Source of the DNA: Octopus bimaculoides | Taxonomy: Eukaryota | Assembly: GCF_001194135.2 (NCBI RefSeq) | Contig: NC_068998.1 | Coordinates: 26,601,941 to 26,665,940, forward strand | DNA length: 64,000 nt | Direction of reading: 5' to 3' | In this document: one piece after another, positions 15,371 to 29,089 of the stretch | How positions within the stretch are numbered: position 1 is the stretch's first letter | Layout of the letters: each line of letters begins with the position of its first letter | Position numbers and translations under genes: made by a program | The notes under the pieces: generated by a model | Seen by the model: the letters and a program-made list of their open reading frames with translations, nothing else | Told to the model about the DNA's origin: nothing | Database searches by the model: none

Positions 15371-16008
15371 AAGGTAATATTTATCCCCACTTAAACATGG
15401 ATCTTCTGTTGGAACAAGCTATACTGGAGTAGATACCATGAGAGAAACTCCCATATTGGCTTTTGGTGCAAAATGCGCTCTTGTTTATATCACTAACAGG
15501 GAGATAAAGCATATTCTCCGTAGTTGGCAAAACTTGGAAGTGATCTGTACATACATAGAGAAGTGATCAATGTAGATTTTAGAAGTGATCAGTATATACA
15601 GAAACAGCAGGAATATAGCGCTACCAATTATGATAAACAATATAGATGAGAGAAAGTAGGAAAAACAAATCACTCTAGGAGTATTTAAAATAAAAATCAA
15701 ACAAGAGAGATAACACAGGGTGAAATTATTTGGAAATAGTAACATTGCAGATGGGAATGGATTTTTCCATTAAAGCTACATCTATTATTAGTATTGAAAC
15801 ATATATTCTTTTATTTTTTTATTTGTTTCAGTCATTTGACTGTAGCCATGCTGGAGTACTGCACTTAATAAAACAATTTGACCCCAGGACTTATTCTTTG
15901 TAAGCCTAGTACTTATTCTATCAGTCTCTGTTTCTGAACCACTAGGTTACAGGGATTAAACACACCAACATTGATTGTCAAGCAATGGTGGGGGGACAAA
16001 CACAGACA

Positions 16009-16049
<41 letters not shown>

Positions 16050-16308
16050 GATGGGCTTCTTTCAGTTTCCATCTACCATATCCACTNNNNNNNNNNNNNN
16101 NNNNNNNNNNNNNNNNNNNNNNNNNNNNNNNNNNNNNNNNNNNNNNNNNNNNNNNNNNNNNNNNNNNNNNNNNNNNNNNNNNNNNNNNNNNNNNNNNNNN
16201 NNNNNNNNNNNNNNNNNNNNNNNNNNNNNNNNNNNNNNNNNNNNNNNNNNNNNNNNNNNNNNNNNNNNNNNNNNNNNNNNNNNNNNNNNNNNNNNNNNNN
16301 NNNNNNNN

Positions 16309-16353
<45 letters not shown>

Positions 16354-16582
16354 TTATTTATTTATGTGTTTCAGCCAAATGGCTGCGGTCATGCTGGTAT
16401 ATAAAATAATTATTAGCAGCAGAAGCAGTATTAGAACCAAAAGGTAATATTTATTCCCATTTAAAATTGGATATTGCATTAGAACACAGAGTACTGTGAC
16501 AGTGACCATGCGAGAACCACTCATATGGGCTTTTTGGTGCATATAAGCACTCCTGTTTACATTGCCAGTGGGAGACAAATCT
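15371..16582 (+). repeat. Two diverged direct copies of an unclassified ~140-bp repeat (15371-15510 and 16441-16582)
   Basis: Both start aaggtaatatttat.ccca.ttaaa and share accatg.gagaa...catat.ggctttt(t)ggtgca. Confidence 0.7.
15806..16086 (-). mobile_element. SINE family A copy (3' part, cut by gap)
   Basis: Shares ttattctttgtaagcctagtacttattctatc...cttctttcagtttccatctacca with 5863-6208. Confidence 0.88.
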
Positions 16583-16726
16583 CCCGCCATTGCCACCACT
16601 AATACTACCAGATCATGTGATTTCAGCCTTCCCTGGCCTTGTTAATGGTAGACACTCAACCACTGGAAATGGTGGCAATATCATCACTAGCGATATCTCC
16701 ACTAACAATACACATATGATATATGA

Positions 16727-16757
<31 letters not shown>

Positions 16758-16801
16758 TGTGTGTGTGTGTTTATATATATACATATATATTTGTATATTT
16801 G

Positions 16802-16834
<33 letters not shown>

Positions 16835-17579
16835 AATCATATATATATATATATATATTTGTATATATATACACACACACGCACATATATGTATATGTGT
16901 ATACATACATGTGCTCTCACTTAAAATTTTCTGATTCTAATGTTTGTGTGTGTGTGTTGGAGATGGGATTTGGGGTTGTTAATGTTTAGTACAGTTAGCC
17001 AATCCTATCTCTCTGTATTTCAAATATTTATACTTATATAATGTCATACTGCTAACAACTCATTTCAAACTTGTAAAAAATTGAAAACATATACTGCAAC
17101 TTCTACGACTACTACTATCAAATAATAATAATAATAATAACAATAACAATAGCAATAATAATAATAATAACAATAACAATAATAATCATAATATATGTGT
17201 ATATATTTACACACACATAGACACATTTTACTTTATTTTTGCAAGGGAATATTGAGATTTACTTTGAAGTTTTGGTTTAGTAGTCTTCCTCAGACTGTAA
17301 ATTACTTTGCTTTTCTAAGTTGTACATACACTTTTGGGGGTTCATTACCTTTTTTGTAATCATATTACTCCATCCAATAAATGAACCCCATATATATATA
17401 TATATGTAAGGCTTGGAAGACCAAATAAATTTACCATCTGCAAATATAACACTTCTGAATAGTATTAAGTGATCCTTCAATCTAATGCTTGGCTGTTTTT
17501 ATATACAAGATACATAGACACAAACATTAAGATATCTACATTTATCTATCTACACACATACATACACACATATGCATAA

Positions 17580-17884
17580 TCTTTTATTCTTTCAGTTATT
17601 TGACTGTGGCCATGCTGGAGCAATGCCTTAAAGGAGTTTTTTTTTTTAGTTGAAGAAATCAACCCCAGGACTTATTCTTTGTAAGCCTAGTACTTATTCA
17701 ATAGGTCTCTTTTGCCAAACCACCAAGTTATGGGGATGCAAACTCACCAACATCAGTTGACAAGTGATAGAGGGGCAGGCATAGACACAAAAACACACAC
17801 ACATAAATATATACATACATATATATATCTATATATGCAACAGGCTTTTCTCAGTTTCTGTCTACCAAATTGCCTCACAAGATT
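17580..17884 (-). mobile_element. SINE family A copy, 5'-truncated
   Basis: Contains gactgtggccatgctggagca...ccccaggacttattctttgtaagcctagtacttattc...tctgtctaccaaat. Confidence 0.88.
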
Positions 17885-20800
17885 TATAACCAACCACTTT
17901 ACTGAGTGCATTTTCATGTGACACCAACTTTAGAGCATCTGAAATGACACATTAAATGGACCCCACAATCATATAGTTTCTCTACTCATTTCCCAAATAC
18001 CTAACACTGAGTGCTGGATGCAGTCTCATGGGACCAGTTCTCATGAGAACTCACCATTCACTATAGAGGAAGCATGTTTAATTCCATCATCCTCTAGCAC
18101 AGGAGACAGCATGCTTTGTACACCATAAATGTAAATTACTCAGTAATCTAAAGCATATAGATTGAGGAAGAAAGAGAAGAGGGAGCAAGGTGAGTAGAAA
18201 GGACAGAAACAAGGGGGAAGAGGAGTGTAATCGTTGAGAGAAACTCAGTAACCTTGGACACATCCATGTGCTCAGAGGAGAGAGGTAAGAGAGAGAAAGA
18301 AAGAAAGACATCAGAAAGACCAAAATGGGTGGAAGGTGGTAAGAGTATGATGGGGTAAGCAAGGATGTTTGAAGGTGGTGTTGATAAAGGTTAAATGGCA
18401 ATAGCAAAGGTGTTTGTGTATACACATAGACACACACAAATATATATATATGCATATGAACATGCACACATATACATGCATGTATACATGCGGGACACAT
18501 GCATAATTATATGTATATATACACACACACGTGTGTGTGTGTTTCTATGTATATATATATGCATGTGTGTGTATTATTTTTACTTTGATATGTTATATTT
18601 GAAGAAATCTTTTTTATTTCCTTAAAATTTAAAATATTCTTTCCTAATTAGATTTTCAGCATTCCAGTTCTCTGTTTTTTTTTTTTTGTTTTTTTCTATC
18701 AACATAATATGAATACACCATTATCAATTTTACCAATATTTAGTAAATGCCTACACTAATGCAGATGTCTTTATAACCTGTAAGTCTCCCAAACAAGAGT
18801 GAAATCCAGCAAAATTTTAGTTATAAATGTTGAAGTTTTATTGATTTAAAACCCTTGGGAAAAGCTAAAATTAATGTGCTGCACTAGAAAAAAAAAATCA
18901 CTGTAAAATCAATAATACAGGTTTAACATCTGTGCACTCATCTTTTATTCCACACCTAGATAACATTTTTTTTTTTGCTCCCCTCAATCACAACATCTAT
19001 TTCCACTACATGTTCATATTTGAACATTTATTTTAATGTTTCTATAACACATAGAACAAGAACTGGTACTTCCTAATGGAATATTCTTCATTGTATGTTA
19101 CACTTTTCCTAAATATTTTTCATCTTTTCATGAAAAAAAAATATAAATAAAGGCAGAATAAAGTAGCTGAATGTATTTATAATTCCATTTCAAATATTTT
19201 AGTGCCCAGCTATATCTGTCAGTATTGGTGACTCAATATTCCATCTATTTCAAGAGTTTTATGTATCCAACTCTTCCTTCCTCCTCCAAAACAAGTTTAT
19301 TTAAGGGTTGCAGGTATAGCTACATGGTTAAGAAATCCACTCCTCAACTAAATATTTTTTATGTTTGGATCCCCTCTAGTCTTCACCTAGAGAAAGTGTT
19401 TTCTACCATGGCCTTGTGGTGACCAAAACCCCGTGAATGAAAATTGATAGATGGAAACAGTGCAGAAACTTTGTTCAAGGTCATCTCTAGTAGAGTCCAC
19501 TCTGATGCAAGTGCCTGGACCAAGTCTCCAGTTTCAGAGTAGCTTCTCCTCCTTCTTTAGAGAGTCTTGGAATCTCTCTAAAGAGTTGTTTGTACTGCTC
19601 CCCCTCCAAAACCATAAAAAAATTGTTAGCTAGACTACTTTCATTCTGAGCTGTTATGAAAGTGCCTCTGTTATACACTTTTGTCGATTTAGTCTTTTCT
19701 CATTTATTCTTAGTACAGTTTCCAACCAACAAGCTCTTGTTATTCTTTGATGTTTCTAGTCACAAACTTCTTTACAATTATACTAACTTCTGAAAATGTC
19801 GGAGTTTTATAATATTTTGCAACTTCTCTTCTCTACTAACATGTATTATGAAATGTTGAAAACTAATTACACTAGTTATATAACAAGCAGAAAAGATGAA
19901 GAGGTCCTGCATGATTTTTTGGCTGGCAAGAAACTTTAATGCTTCTTTGATACCTGACATACTATATTATTCATCTTTCTCTGCACAAAGTCTAATGGCT
20001 ACATATAATATCAGTCATTTAAAGGGCTTCTCATCCCCACTTCTCTCTCTCTCTCCTTCTCTCTGACTCATTTTAAAACAATTGAAACTTCATTTCTCTT
20101 TATTTCTTCCAACTTCCTGAGTTGTCTGTATTCACAATAATTATTGTCTATCTCTCTGTCAATTTCATACACTCACATAGGTATATATATACTCTCTCTC
20201 TCTCCCTCTCTTTCTCTCTTCCTCTCGCTGCCTCCTTTCCCCATTGTAACAGATGTTCTGGATAGGCTAAATATGCATGGACACTTGTTTTAGCTAAAAG
20301 CAGTAATAACATAATAGTTGAATGGAATATTAAATTTAAGCATCATCATGCCATCCAGTCAGGTTTTGATCATCACATTTCCGGTTTTATATTCTCAGAT
20401 ATCTTAATGTGCCTGAAAACAGATAATAAACAGTGGACAGTTAGATCTTTCAACTACAGATTTTGAAGTTAAAATCAACAGTTCTATGTAACACAAACAT
20501 CAGTCAAAATATTTGTATATGTGGCACCACTGTACTGTTATGACAAATTTAAATGTGACATTATCGATTCTGGTTTGTAAACATATATTGATATTTTGAT
20601 CTAAAATTTGCATACTGGCATGGTATTTAAAATCTCTGTTCAAACTAAATAGAGTCATATGAACCAACAGTAGATTGTTATATGAACTTCTGTGCAATTA
20701 TTCAACCTGTTAGAAATCACAACCAAAATCAGCCTCACATCACACTGAAACATCTTGAACAAATGAGGACATATATAGTAATGTAGTTCTATGCCTTAAA

Positions 20801-21249
20801 AATAATGGGATAATCACAGCTGGAATACTTTTAATCATAGGCTGATCCAGTTGGGGTTGACTTGGCAATAAACAAACAATACTATTAGATTCTCTTCATG
20901 CATAAATAATTCTGGCATTAGATAAAAAAAAATATATTAGCTTTGCCACACATGGTTATACATACATACATGCATATATACATACATACATATATACATA
21001 CATATCATCATCATCACCATAATCATCATCATCATCGTCGTTGGTGGAGTTTGACATGGAGCTGGCTAGCAGGCAGCTGTCCAGACTACAAACTCTCTGT
21101 TGTGGCATGGTTTCTATGGCTGGATGCCAGAGACAGGTATAGCTAAATAGATAAAATGTTCACTTCTCAATCTTAAAATGTGCCATCTTCAGCAAGTGCC
21201 TTTACTATAGCCTTGGGAAAGGCAGAAACTGTGTAGAAGTCTGCCAAGG

Positions 21250-21530
21250 GTACATGTGTGTGTGGAATACTCGGTCACTAGACCAATGAGTAGGCCATCC
21301 AGTTGATCAAGAAACTGACTATTCACCACATAAAGGAGAAGAATCCCCCTTATATCATCTTCAGCAGCATCACCATAGTTTTGATATCCACAATTGTGAG
21401 TTGGTGATAGAAAGGACATCCAGTCATAGAAAATCCACTGCAATGAATTCCAGCTGAGCCATATGTGCATGGAAATGTGGACATTAAAACGATGATGATG
21501 ATGATGATGATGATGATTACATGATGATAA
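21250..21530 (+). mobile_element. Retroposon family D 3' end with (GAT)n tail
   Basis: ttggtgatagaaaggacatccagtcatagaaa...gcatggaaatgtggacattaaaacgatgatgatg. Related copies: 12810-13012 (-), 21025-21130 (-), 25150-25352 (-), 42575-42800 (+), 59270-59455 (+). Confidence 0.75.
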
Positions 21531-24500
21531 TATAAGCAATATTGCCTGAAATACCCAATTTTATTATAGTAGAGTACTTGTTAAAATAATATTTAGATTC
21601 GTTTATGCATCACAAGAAATAAGTCTTTTGTGCAGGTTCTAGAGAGCTACACTACACAGAGTACAATACAGTTATATTTAGATACATCATTCCAGTTGAT
21701 TTTGTCACCCTTGCTTCCAGGATTGATAAAAAAAACATTCTAATGAGTAGACAAAATGACGGGAATCCATTTGTAACATGTTTCTGCTTACTTGAACATG
21801 AATATGGCTTATCACAGTTGGATTTCATCCTAGAAAACGACTTTTCCCTATAAAAGATATGTGTAAACACCACACTAGCTCTGGTGTCTATAGCAAGTTG
21901 TTCTCTGAGACAAAATCAAACATCAAAAACACATTCAAGAATGCAGAAACAATTAAAAAAGTTGTAAACATCATTATTTGGATAAGATAACTACTTCAAG
22001 AATGGAGATTAAATTTGCCCCTTCAGCCTGGTACAATATATATATATATAGTATCTGCAGGCATGTGATGTGAGTGATGTGATCACATGATGTCATGTAT
22101 GTGTATTTGAAATAGAAAATGGTGCTTTTTTTTCTTACAGCTAAAATTGTTAAATATTTGACTAGCATTTCTTGTTAGAATATATTTTACCTTTCTTTGA
22201 CATAGAGTCCATTCTGAAACGTTAAACCTCCCCTCTTCCTCAAATCTTTTTAATTATTCCACTTTATGAATGTATTGTTCTTAACTATTTGTCAATGCAG
22301 TTCAACATGCTTCCTTCGATTCTACTGCTCTACTTTGTGTATAGTTTGCAATCTTACTATTTTGTCAGTACAATATTTTGTCCTACTTTATTCATAAGTA
22401 AAATATAAACATAAACTTAACAGTTATTGACATTACAAAAATAAATAAATTACACTGTTTGTGATTTTTTTTCTTTTTGAAAAAGCAGTCTTTTTATGTG
22501 TTTAAATTTTTCAGAGATAAATAAATTAAATTTGTTTATTGCTATTTTGTCTTATAATTTATTAAATTCTATTGCACCATTTTGTAATATAATTTTTTTC
22601 AAACTTGCAATGATAATTTTTCTGAACTTTATGCTGTTTATTTTTGTTCAGAAAAATTGTTTTTCATGAAGATGTTTGGCTTCCTTTCCTAAGGCACTGA
22701 AATATTTTCACACAACTACCTCAGTTTCATTTCTTCTAACTTTGATTGCATAACAAATGCACTCTTTCAATTGTATTCAGAAACTTAACATAATTTTTTA
22801 GAAGGAAGTTTTGAAAAACTAGAATCTAATTAATGTTTAAAATACTTATTCAATTGATTGTTACTACTTCAAAAATGATAAAATAGTTTTTCATAATGAA
22901 AAAATGTAAACTGAAATAAAACCATAACACTATTTAGTTTTCAGTAACCCAAAGTTCAATTTTATCTTAGGAATGCTTTAGGCATCAGTAAATTCATTTT
23001 TGAATTGCTTTTATTATTTCATCTCCAAAAAAGGCTTTCATCTGCTAACTAGTAATCCATTTCAATTGTAGCTATAGAAGTTATACATAGTTTTGGTGCC
23101 AATTTGCATGAATAGTTGTACTATAAATCTTTGCTTTTAAATCCATTTCTTCAGTCTCAATTAAATATTTGTGTGTTGAGATGCATTCAGATAATTAGTT
23201 GGTAAAATAGAAATTAGATGAACTTCCATAACACTTGTTTGATTGATGCTGAGAAAGAGAATCATTAAGGAGGAAACCCTTGCTTTGGTTAGTTTTGAAA
23301 TAACTGTAAGATGCCAGCTGCTTTCAAGCTAATTGTCAATGATAATTATTAAGAATAGGACACAGGTTGATTCCTATTGAAATCGGCAGACTCATTTCTA
23401 GTGGAGTACTGATTGTTAGGACCCTTGATCATAGTAGTTGCTATAGTTACACCATGATAAAATTAACCTTTTAGTTTGGGGGTATTTTAGAAAAGGAAAT
23501 TTAGGGTGGAAAACAATAATAAAAGAGAAAACTAATAAACAAAGTAACTCAACAGATTCTTTACATTCTACATGTAATTAAAACTATTCAATAAAGTGTA
23601 AGAAACAAATAAAATATCACATGCCACATGAATTTCAATGAAGGGTTTAGTTCAGATAAAAATATTAAAATGCCATGCCAGATAAAAGGACATAGTTTGT
23701 CTAGAACAAAGTATGAGTTATAGCAATAAACAAGAACTGTGAACAATATTAGTGAGTAGGTGGATAGGGTAGAATAAATACCAGCCATAAATTGTTTTGA
23801 ATTAATTTTGAACTTAACAGCCTGTTACCCAATATGCTGTCAACTGAATGACTATTCTCCTTTCAAAGGATATATTTATTTCAAAATAAAAAAAAAAAAT
23901 GTAGTCAAATTTGAGAAATAAATATGACAAATATTTTATACATACATTAAAAGTATTGCAAAACCATGACAACTAAAATGTATCAAATTGAATGGTTTAC
24001 TAAACCATTCTCAATGCCAAACAGTCTACAGCTTAAATATTATTAATTGTTGTATTGCCCTTCTCTTGAATCACTATGTACAGTATTAAGCTGTGATAAT
24101 TAATATATTTTAGAATAGTATAGAAATAAATGCTATTTTCAATATAAGAGTTCATTCAATGAAAGGATTCATACAGTTTTAGTTGTTATATTGGTAAAAT
24201 CTGTAAACAAGCTGAAAATCTTAATAAATAATTTGAAAGATAAGAGTTTATTCATAAGAATGTTATGAAAACCAGAAAAGAAAACATTAAAATTGATCAG
24301 CCAATCAGATGAAATGTAATACTAATTTTATACAATCTGTATGATATAAGCAGCAAATAAAGGGGTAGATATTTAATGAATTGCTAATTGTAAGATAATT
24401 AGTTTCTCAAATTCATTGGTGTTGGAAATTTGAAAGAAAATTGATTACTACTTTTCTCTTCTGATTAGAAAAGGATTTCTACTGAAGATCAGAACTAATT

Positions 24501-25149
24501 GGGAACCAGGTTGTCAAATGAATTGATTACAGTAGTAGGTCACATTCAAGTATAAGTCAGACGTTTTTGGTTAGACAACGAAGAAATTGGTATGCTGTCC
24601 ATATTTGACAAATGCAACCAACTTGTCATCAAATAAAGCTCATCTGCTTCAGCCCTTTTATTACCCTATTTATGATGAACAACATTACCTTTATTTTGAT
24701 TAATTTTGAAATTAATAAAGAATTCAGTAAAATAATTAAGCTGGTGTTTGGAACATGAATGAACTTGAAATGTCATTGGAAAGTTTTCATTTAAATAACT
24801 TCCTATTTAAATAATCAAAGAATTTGTATCAAAGAACCAAGGGTGCCAGCTTTTCAATAGATTTTATGATATTTAAGTGTAAAGTTAATCTTACTGTTTA
24901 TAAATAAAATATTATTGGAATATTTTTCTCCTTTATAAATTCAACAAAAATGGGGAAAATGCAATTAGTAATTAATAGATTATTATCTGTCTTAAAGTTG
25001 ATATTAATGTCTAGCTAATAACTTAAACCATTTTATTCTCATCAGGTTTTTCATTTCTGTAGGCTAAACATTTTGGAAGAGAAACTTGGTTATTTTATTG
25101 CTCAGTGCACTAGCATATTAACCTTTCATATTTAATGATATTGATAAGA

Positions 25150-25352
25150 ACATCATTATTACCATAAGTATCATTTGATGTCTGAATTCCATGCTGGCAT
25201 AGGCTGGACAAGTTGGCAAGTTCTGATGAGTCAGATGACTGTGTTGAGCTCTAATATCTGTTTTGGTAAGCTTTCTTTGGCTGGATGCTTTTCCTAATAC
25301 CAACCACTTTACAGAGTGTACTGGGTGTATTTTTTGTGGCACCAAGTAACTC
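25150..25352 (-). mobile_element. Retroposon family D copy
   Basis: ttccatgctggcataggctggaca...ggctggatgcttttcctaataccaaccactttacagagtgtactggg. Confidence 0.75.
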
Positions 25353-28074
25353 ACAAGACAAGACCTCATGAGAGAGCTGAGTTGCAGTACTGAGAGAGGT
25401 AGTTTTATGTTTGGTATTGAGTGTCTATTAGGATAGAGACAGGAACAGGTATTTTGCTGTGGAGGAGGTACATTCTACTTTCTCTCTTAAATTCTGTTGT
25501 GATCCCATTATATCTTTTGAGTGTCCAGTTTGCACTTTGTCAACTTATCAAACAGGGTTTAGTGTATTGTCTGTTTTCCTGTTATATGAATGAGATAATC
25601 TATAGAAGCACCTCATAGAAATTGCACCTTTGTTGATCCAGTAGGCCTGATTTAGGAGCATAGTCAAGGATAAAATTTGCTGTCATATTTTCCAAGAATA
25701 GTCTAAGCTTAATTACCCAATCACACACTCAAACTAACCATTACTATGCTAAAAGTATGCCCCCCCCCGCCCCTACACATGCACACATTATTACTACTAC
25801 CTACCTTGACAAATTTATACCTGTGTTCTTTGCTCATGAGGAGTCTGCTTGATGCTTAACTCAATCTTGCCACTTGTGTGCAGAACACATCTACATGCCT
25901 CCATTCTGGCATTTCAGTAATATCATCAGACCTACCTTTTATTGTGCTGATATTGACTGTGGTTGCTCTAAGTTTGCAAACTTGATAGGAAGGCTGTCAA
26001 CTTATCAACATATATGAAAACAGACCTGGTCTTAGTATGGAAAAGGAATGGGGCAACAATATATCATGTTCTATGTTTATTAGTGTCACCTCATACAAAA
26101 ATATACATCAATGAAGACAATGAGGATGTAGATTCGAAATAATAATATTTAATATATGCAAAAAAATTAATAATAATAATAATAATAATATAATAGAAGT
26201 AGTAATATTTTAGTAATAATCCCTTATTAGTGATGATAATGATAATAATAATAATAGAGACAATATTAAGTTCGATGTCATATGATGTAAGGATAGTAAT
26301 GTATTCAATTAGATTGTTTTTGATTTTAGATATTGAAGTTACTTTGTTGCTTTTGCTCTTGGATCTCTTCTAAGAAGTTTTGCAGAAATTGTGACTTGAG
26401 ATTTTTAGGCATTCCACCAAAAATATTTTAAAGGAATGTGTGACAATTTTTTATGAGATGTTGTAGCTATCATTCAAATAATGGTTCCACCATTCTTAGA
26501 TTACATTCTTCAGTTACTAGCAGTTGTATCACACTTTGAATTCAATGATTGTTTTAAACTTAGGAGATCTATTTGATCATCATCTCAGAATATAGTTAGT
26601 TTTCTTACACTTAGTATTGGCATTTGTTTTTTCTATTTTCAACAACCTTGACATTTATTCCTAAACCATACCACCCAATTTCACTAGAAATCTATACAAG
26701 TAATAATATACTTATCTGCAAATAGTTTAATGCGTTCGTTTGCAACTCATCCATATGCTTGTTTATATATCTTATTTGAGACACTATAACAGTTTCTGCT
26801 TAAATGTGTCATTCACATATATGATATGTCATCTTTTTTCAAATTAGTAACTCTGCACATCTATACAGCATGACATGCAGTGATCATAATCTATTATTAT
26901 AGAGTGGTTTTATTCAAGAATTCTCTGATAAAGCCAAGAATCTCATATATGATATGTACATCATGAGATGTATCAAAATAGTTGTTTTGAAACCAAGCAA
27001 TGTCTTAAGCTGCTCAAAAGATTAGAGAACTCACATAACTGGTGTTAGAAAACTCTGTTTATATAATATTATATAAAATTAAGAAATAAATTGAATCTTA
27101 TTATATGATTTTAGAAAAGTAAATCAAACCAAAAATACTTTTTCTAATGATATCGATTAATAGAGTCCAGTTTTAAAAAGCTTGTCAATTACTAAAGAAA
27201 ACAGCGATAGAAATTCCCAGTAACTTTCTAGTTGCTCTCTAATTGATGTCATACTATGTAAAACATTTGACTAATTAAACTACTGAAGACTGAATTTTCA
27301 AAAGTTTGGCTGTATACCAGAGAACTTCTTAAGAAATTATGAGAATGACAATGCCAGTGATGACAGTGACAACAACGATGATGATGATTGTAACTATGAC
27401 TACAACGATGATGATGGTGATGATGACCATGATAAGAGTTGTTCAAGTTGATTGGTATTCTTTGGATACTAATTTATATTTTTAACTAAATGTTGACGTA
27501 AATTAAAGAGTTCAACTTCTCATAACATTTTGTATCAATAACTTCAGCTGTCATATTGAGACTGACTAATGAAGAAAGAATATATTGGAATAAAAGTTTT
27601 AATAGGCTTCTCATGATATTGATTTTCTGAGTGCATACAATCTAGTTTTTTATTTTCCTATTAACATAAATCTTATTACAAACAGTTATTTATGCTCCAA
27701 GGCACCTTTGTACTCTTAACCTTTCTTTTTTAGTATCATTTTCTATTTCTATTGGTTACACCAGTCAGATATAAACTGGACTGAGGCTGTATTTTATTTT
27801 TCTCTCTCAAATTTCAAGTGGCAGTCAATAGACTCATAAACTTACTTCTTTCTGCTTTTGTTCAAGAGTGTGAATCAATTTCAAAGAATACACGAATTGA
27901 CTTCAAAGACTACATGAATCTGTTTAGATGACTACAGGAATCTATTTAAAAACAGTACCAGAATTAAAAGTGGAATGCATTTCAATTAATACATTTTCAA
28001 ATACTAAAAAATAGTCACTTCTGAATATTAGAATTGCTATGAAGGTGACAAGATGACAAAATCACTAGCATGCC

Positions 28075-28250
28075 AGACAAAATGTTTAGCAGCATTTCTT
28101 CTGGCTTTACATTTTGAATTCAAATTCTGCTGAGGTTGGCTTTGGTATTCATCCATTCAAAATTGATAACTTAAATACCAGTTGAACACAGATGTCAATG
28201 TAATTCACTAGCACCCCTCCCACAAAATTTCAGAACTTGTGATTGTAGGT
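28075..28250 (+). mobile_element. SINE family B copy (short; ttctgagttcaaattc.gccgaggtcgactttgcctttcatcc type)
   Basis: Shared core with 6695-6775, 37605-37815, 46455-46660, 47230-47385 and 63045-63235. Confidence 0.75.
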
Positions 28251-29028
28251 GACAGAAAAAGATTAGAATTAATATGAGTAAAATGGGTTTGGCATGTGAT
28301 GGAGGTTTTGCAATTGGAGTATTTTACAGAAAGGCACAATTCAATAATGAATCGTGAAGAGTGGTTTATATTGTTAACCTAGCAGAGTGAGACAAGCAAA
28401 AGGATGTTTCTGACATAGGAGCACAACATAGTTGTAGTCAGAATTAACATCATGACAATATGGTCAGTAATGTAGTAGCATAGTCTCTTTGTTCCAAAGA
28501 GATTGAGATTTCTTGACAATTAGACTTCATCTTTGGTGTGTGTATTTACACTATTTATACAGGCACAATATTTTGCCCTGTCTGATATACGGTATCATCA
28601 GTTCTTTTATTTCTTGATATGTACATGATCCCTGATTGGATTTGAACTGGGACCTGATAATTCTAAACTAAGAGAAGTGATGACCTTATCTGTTTAGTTG
28701 GATGAGTGTAACTTAGTGGGCGATGTCATTACCACTTTCAGTTCAGTAATAAACATTCCTAGGTTGAAGCCAGCCTGAGACAACATACGAATCCAGAAAT
28801 AAGTCACCTGTTGATACTAGGAGATCAAAACTAATAAAAATGTAGTTTAGATATAGATTAGAGATTAATAGTCTAAAAAATTTATTATATTTATTAGCTT
28901 CAACTGATCCTAGACATTTCATTGACAATGACAGTATAAAGAGAAAAAGTCAAAGTAATGACTGGTTTCACCTTGTGGTAATTGTGGTTTTTTTGTGTGT
29001 CTGTTTGTTTTGTTTTTAATGGTTGGGG

Positions 29029-29089
29029 GTTGTGAACTAAATACAAATTACAGAGTGTTGTGAACTAAATACAAAATACAGAATGTTGT
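29029..29089. repeat. 28-bp tandem duplication
   Basis: gttgtgaactaaatacaaattacagagt / gttgtgaactaaatacaaaatacagaat / gttgt. Confidence 0.9.

Noticed and set aside
18036-18051. Perfect 16-bp palindrome agttctcatgagaact
   Set aside because: About one is expected by chance in 64 kb.
22620-23460. Possible hAT transposase remnant
   Set aside because: I could not recover a convincing motif in any frame.
29029-29089. 28-bp direct repeat as a CRISPR-like unit
   Set aside because: Adjacent tandem copies without spacers in eukaryotic DNA; a simple slippage duplication.
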